A DNA stretch of 63,629 nt, the filler included, from Reclinomonas americana ATCC 50394 (lineage: Eukaryota), in assembly GCA_048213135.1 (NCBI GenBank). It is 6 parts of 2 records of this genome, joined end to end, with 100 filler letters (N's around TTAATTAATTAA, not from the genome) between each part and the next. Parts side by side here need not be neighbours in the genome. Positions count along the whole stretch, not along the records: positions 61,938 to 63,629 come from PS015025.1; 5 more parts are not named here. One strand, given 5' to 3'. Of this stretch, positions 62,895 to 63,629 are shown piece after piece. The notes beneath the pieces were generated by a model. The model was not told where the DNA came from and did not search any database. It saw only the letters and a program-made list of their open reading frames with translations. Made by a program: the position numbers and the translations under genes. Position 1 is the first letter of the stretch, and each line of letters opens with the position of its first letter.

Positions 62895-63586
62895 GGTGGG
62901 AGGGGAAAGGGTGAATAAGACAAGGAAGCATGAGTGGATGCAGGAGGAGTGAGAAGCGAGTGGACGAGAGAAGGGAAAGCAGCAGGAGAGTGGACGAGTA
63001 CGAGAATGAAAACGAGCGAGTGGATGTGAAAGAGCAACAGAAAGTGACGAGCCAGTGGGAAGAGGAAGAGAGCTGCAAGGAGTAAGTGGATGAGACACAA
63101 GCAAGTGGATGAGTGTGAGAGATAAAGGGAGTGAATGGATGAAGGAGCGAGTGGATATGTGAGTAACTGAGCGAATGAGCAGGAAAGAATGTGAGACGCG
63201 AGTGGATGAGAGAGAGAGAGAGAAGTGAGGAGCAATGTAAGCGGATGTGAGAGAGACGTGAGGAGAGAGTGAAAGATTGACGAGCGGGTGGGAAGAGAGG
63301 GAGACAAGCAAGAAGCGAGTTGATATGTGAGGGACGAGAGAAGAGCGAGTGGATGAGTGAAAGGAGAGAGAACAGGAGAGATAAGTGAGCGGATGAGCAG
63401 GAAGAGAGTAAGGAGGGAGTGGGACGAGAGGGAGACAGGCAAGAAGCGAGAGGATACGTGAGTGACAAGAGTGAGTGGACGAGTGCGTGAAATGCCGACA
63501 GCGAATGGATGACAGAGACAGCAAGGAGCGAGATAAGGAGGAGAGAATGTGAGCATGAGAGAGAGGAGTGAGGAGTGTGGATGAAG

Positions 63587-63629
<43 letters not shown>
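62895..63629. repeat. Intronic degenerate minisatellite (gcgagtggatgag-like) ending in (GA)n
   Basis: Many tandem variants of aagcgagtgga(t/c)gag. Confidence 0.75.

Overview
Eukaryotic (protist-like), GC-rich, very intron-dense genomic DNA. It is not one locus: six scaffolds are joined by artificial N44-TTAATTAATTAA-N44 linkers (3948-4047, 18120-18219, 37378-37477, 55308-55407, 61838-61937), with internal N gaps and TACG-repeat read-end artefacts suggestive of 454 pyrosequencing. About 23 spliced genes could be reconstructed by hand: a tandem TKL + IRAK/Pelle-like kinase, mitochondrial TypA/BipA, a lipid-anchored WD40 protein, OGG1, CSE1/exportin-2, peroxisomal acyl-CoA oxidase, a type II membrane acid phosphatase, an NBD-only Hsp70, a signal-peptide/WD40/TM protein, ZNF277, a TTC16-like protein, a modular BNR-propeller/EGF protein, two TerD paralogs, cytochrome b5, a Slob/PXK-like pseudokinase, a secreted LanC-like protein, an HPD-less J-domain protein, a WD40 protein and an AMFR/Hrd1-like ligase. 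The most striking signal is that roughly one intron in six (manual count) uses a +1-shifted donor, GTTG[C/A]G, and these never have G at exon position -1, pointing to a second, shifted register of 5' splice-site recognition used at scale. Other highlights are a predicted cell-surface receptor built from HET-E-like hypervariable WD40 repeats, a secreted LanC-like protein with rewired catalytic/Zn residues, and an inverted-repeat element carrying an apparently captured antisense exon inside an ACOX intron. All exon structures are manual predictions without RNA data, and the organism cannot be named from this window.
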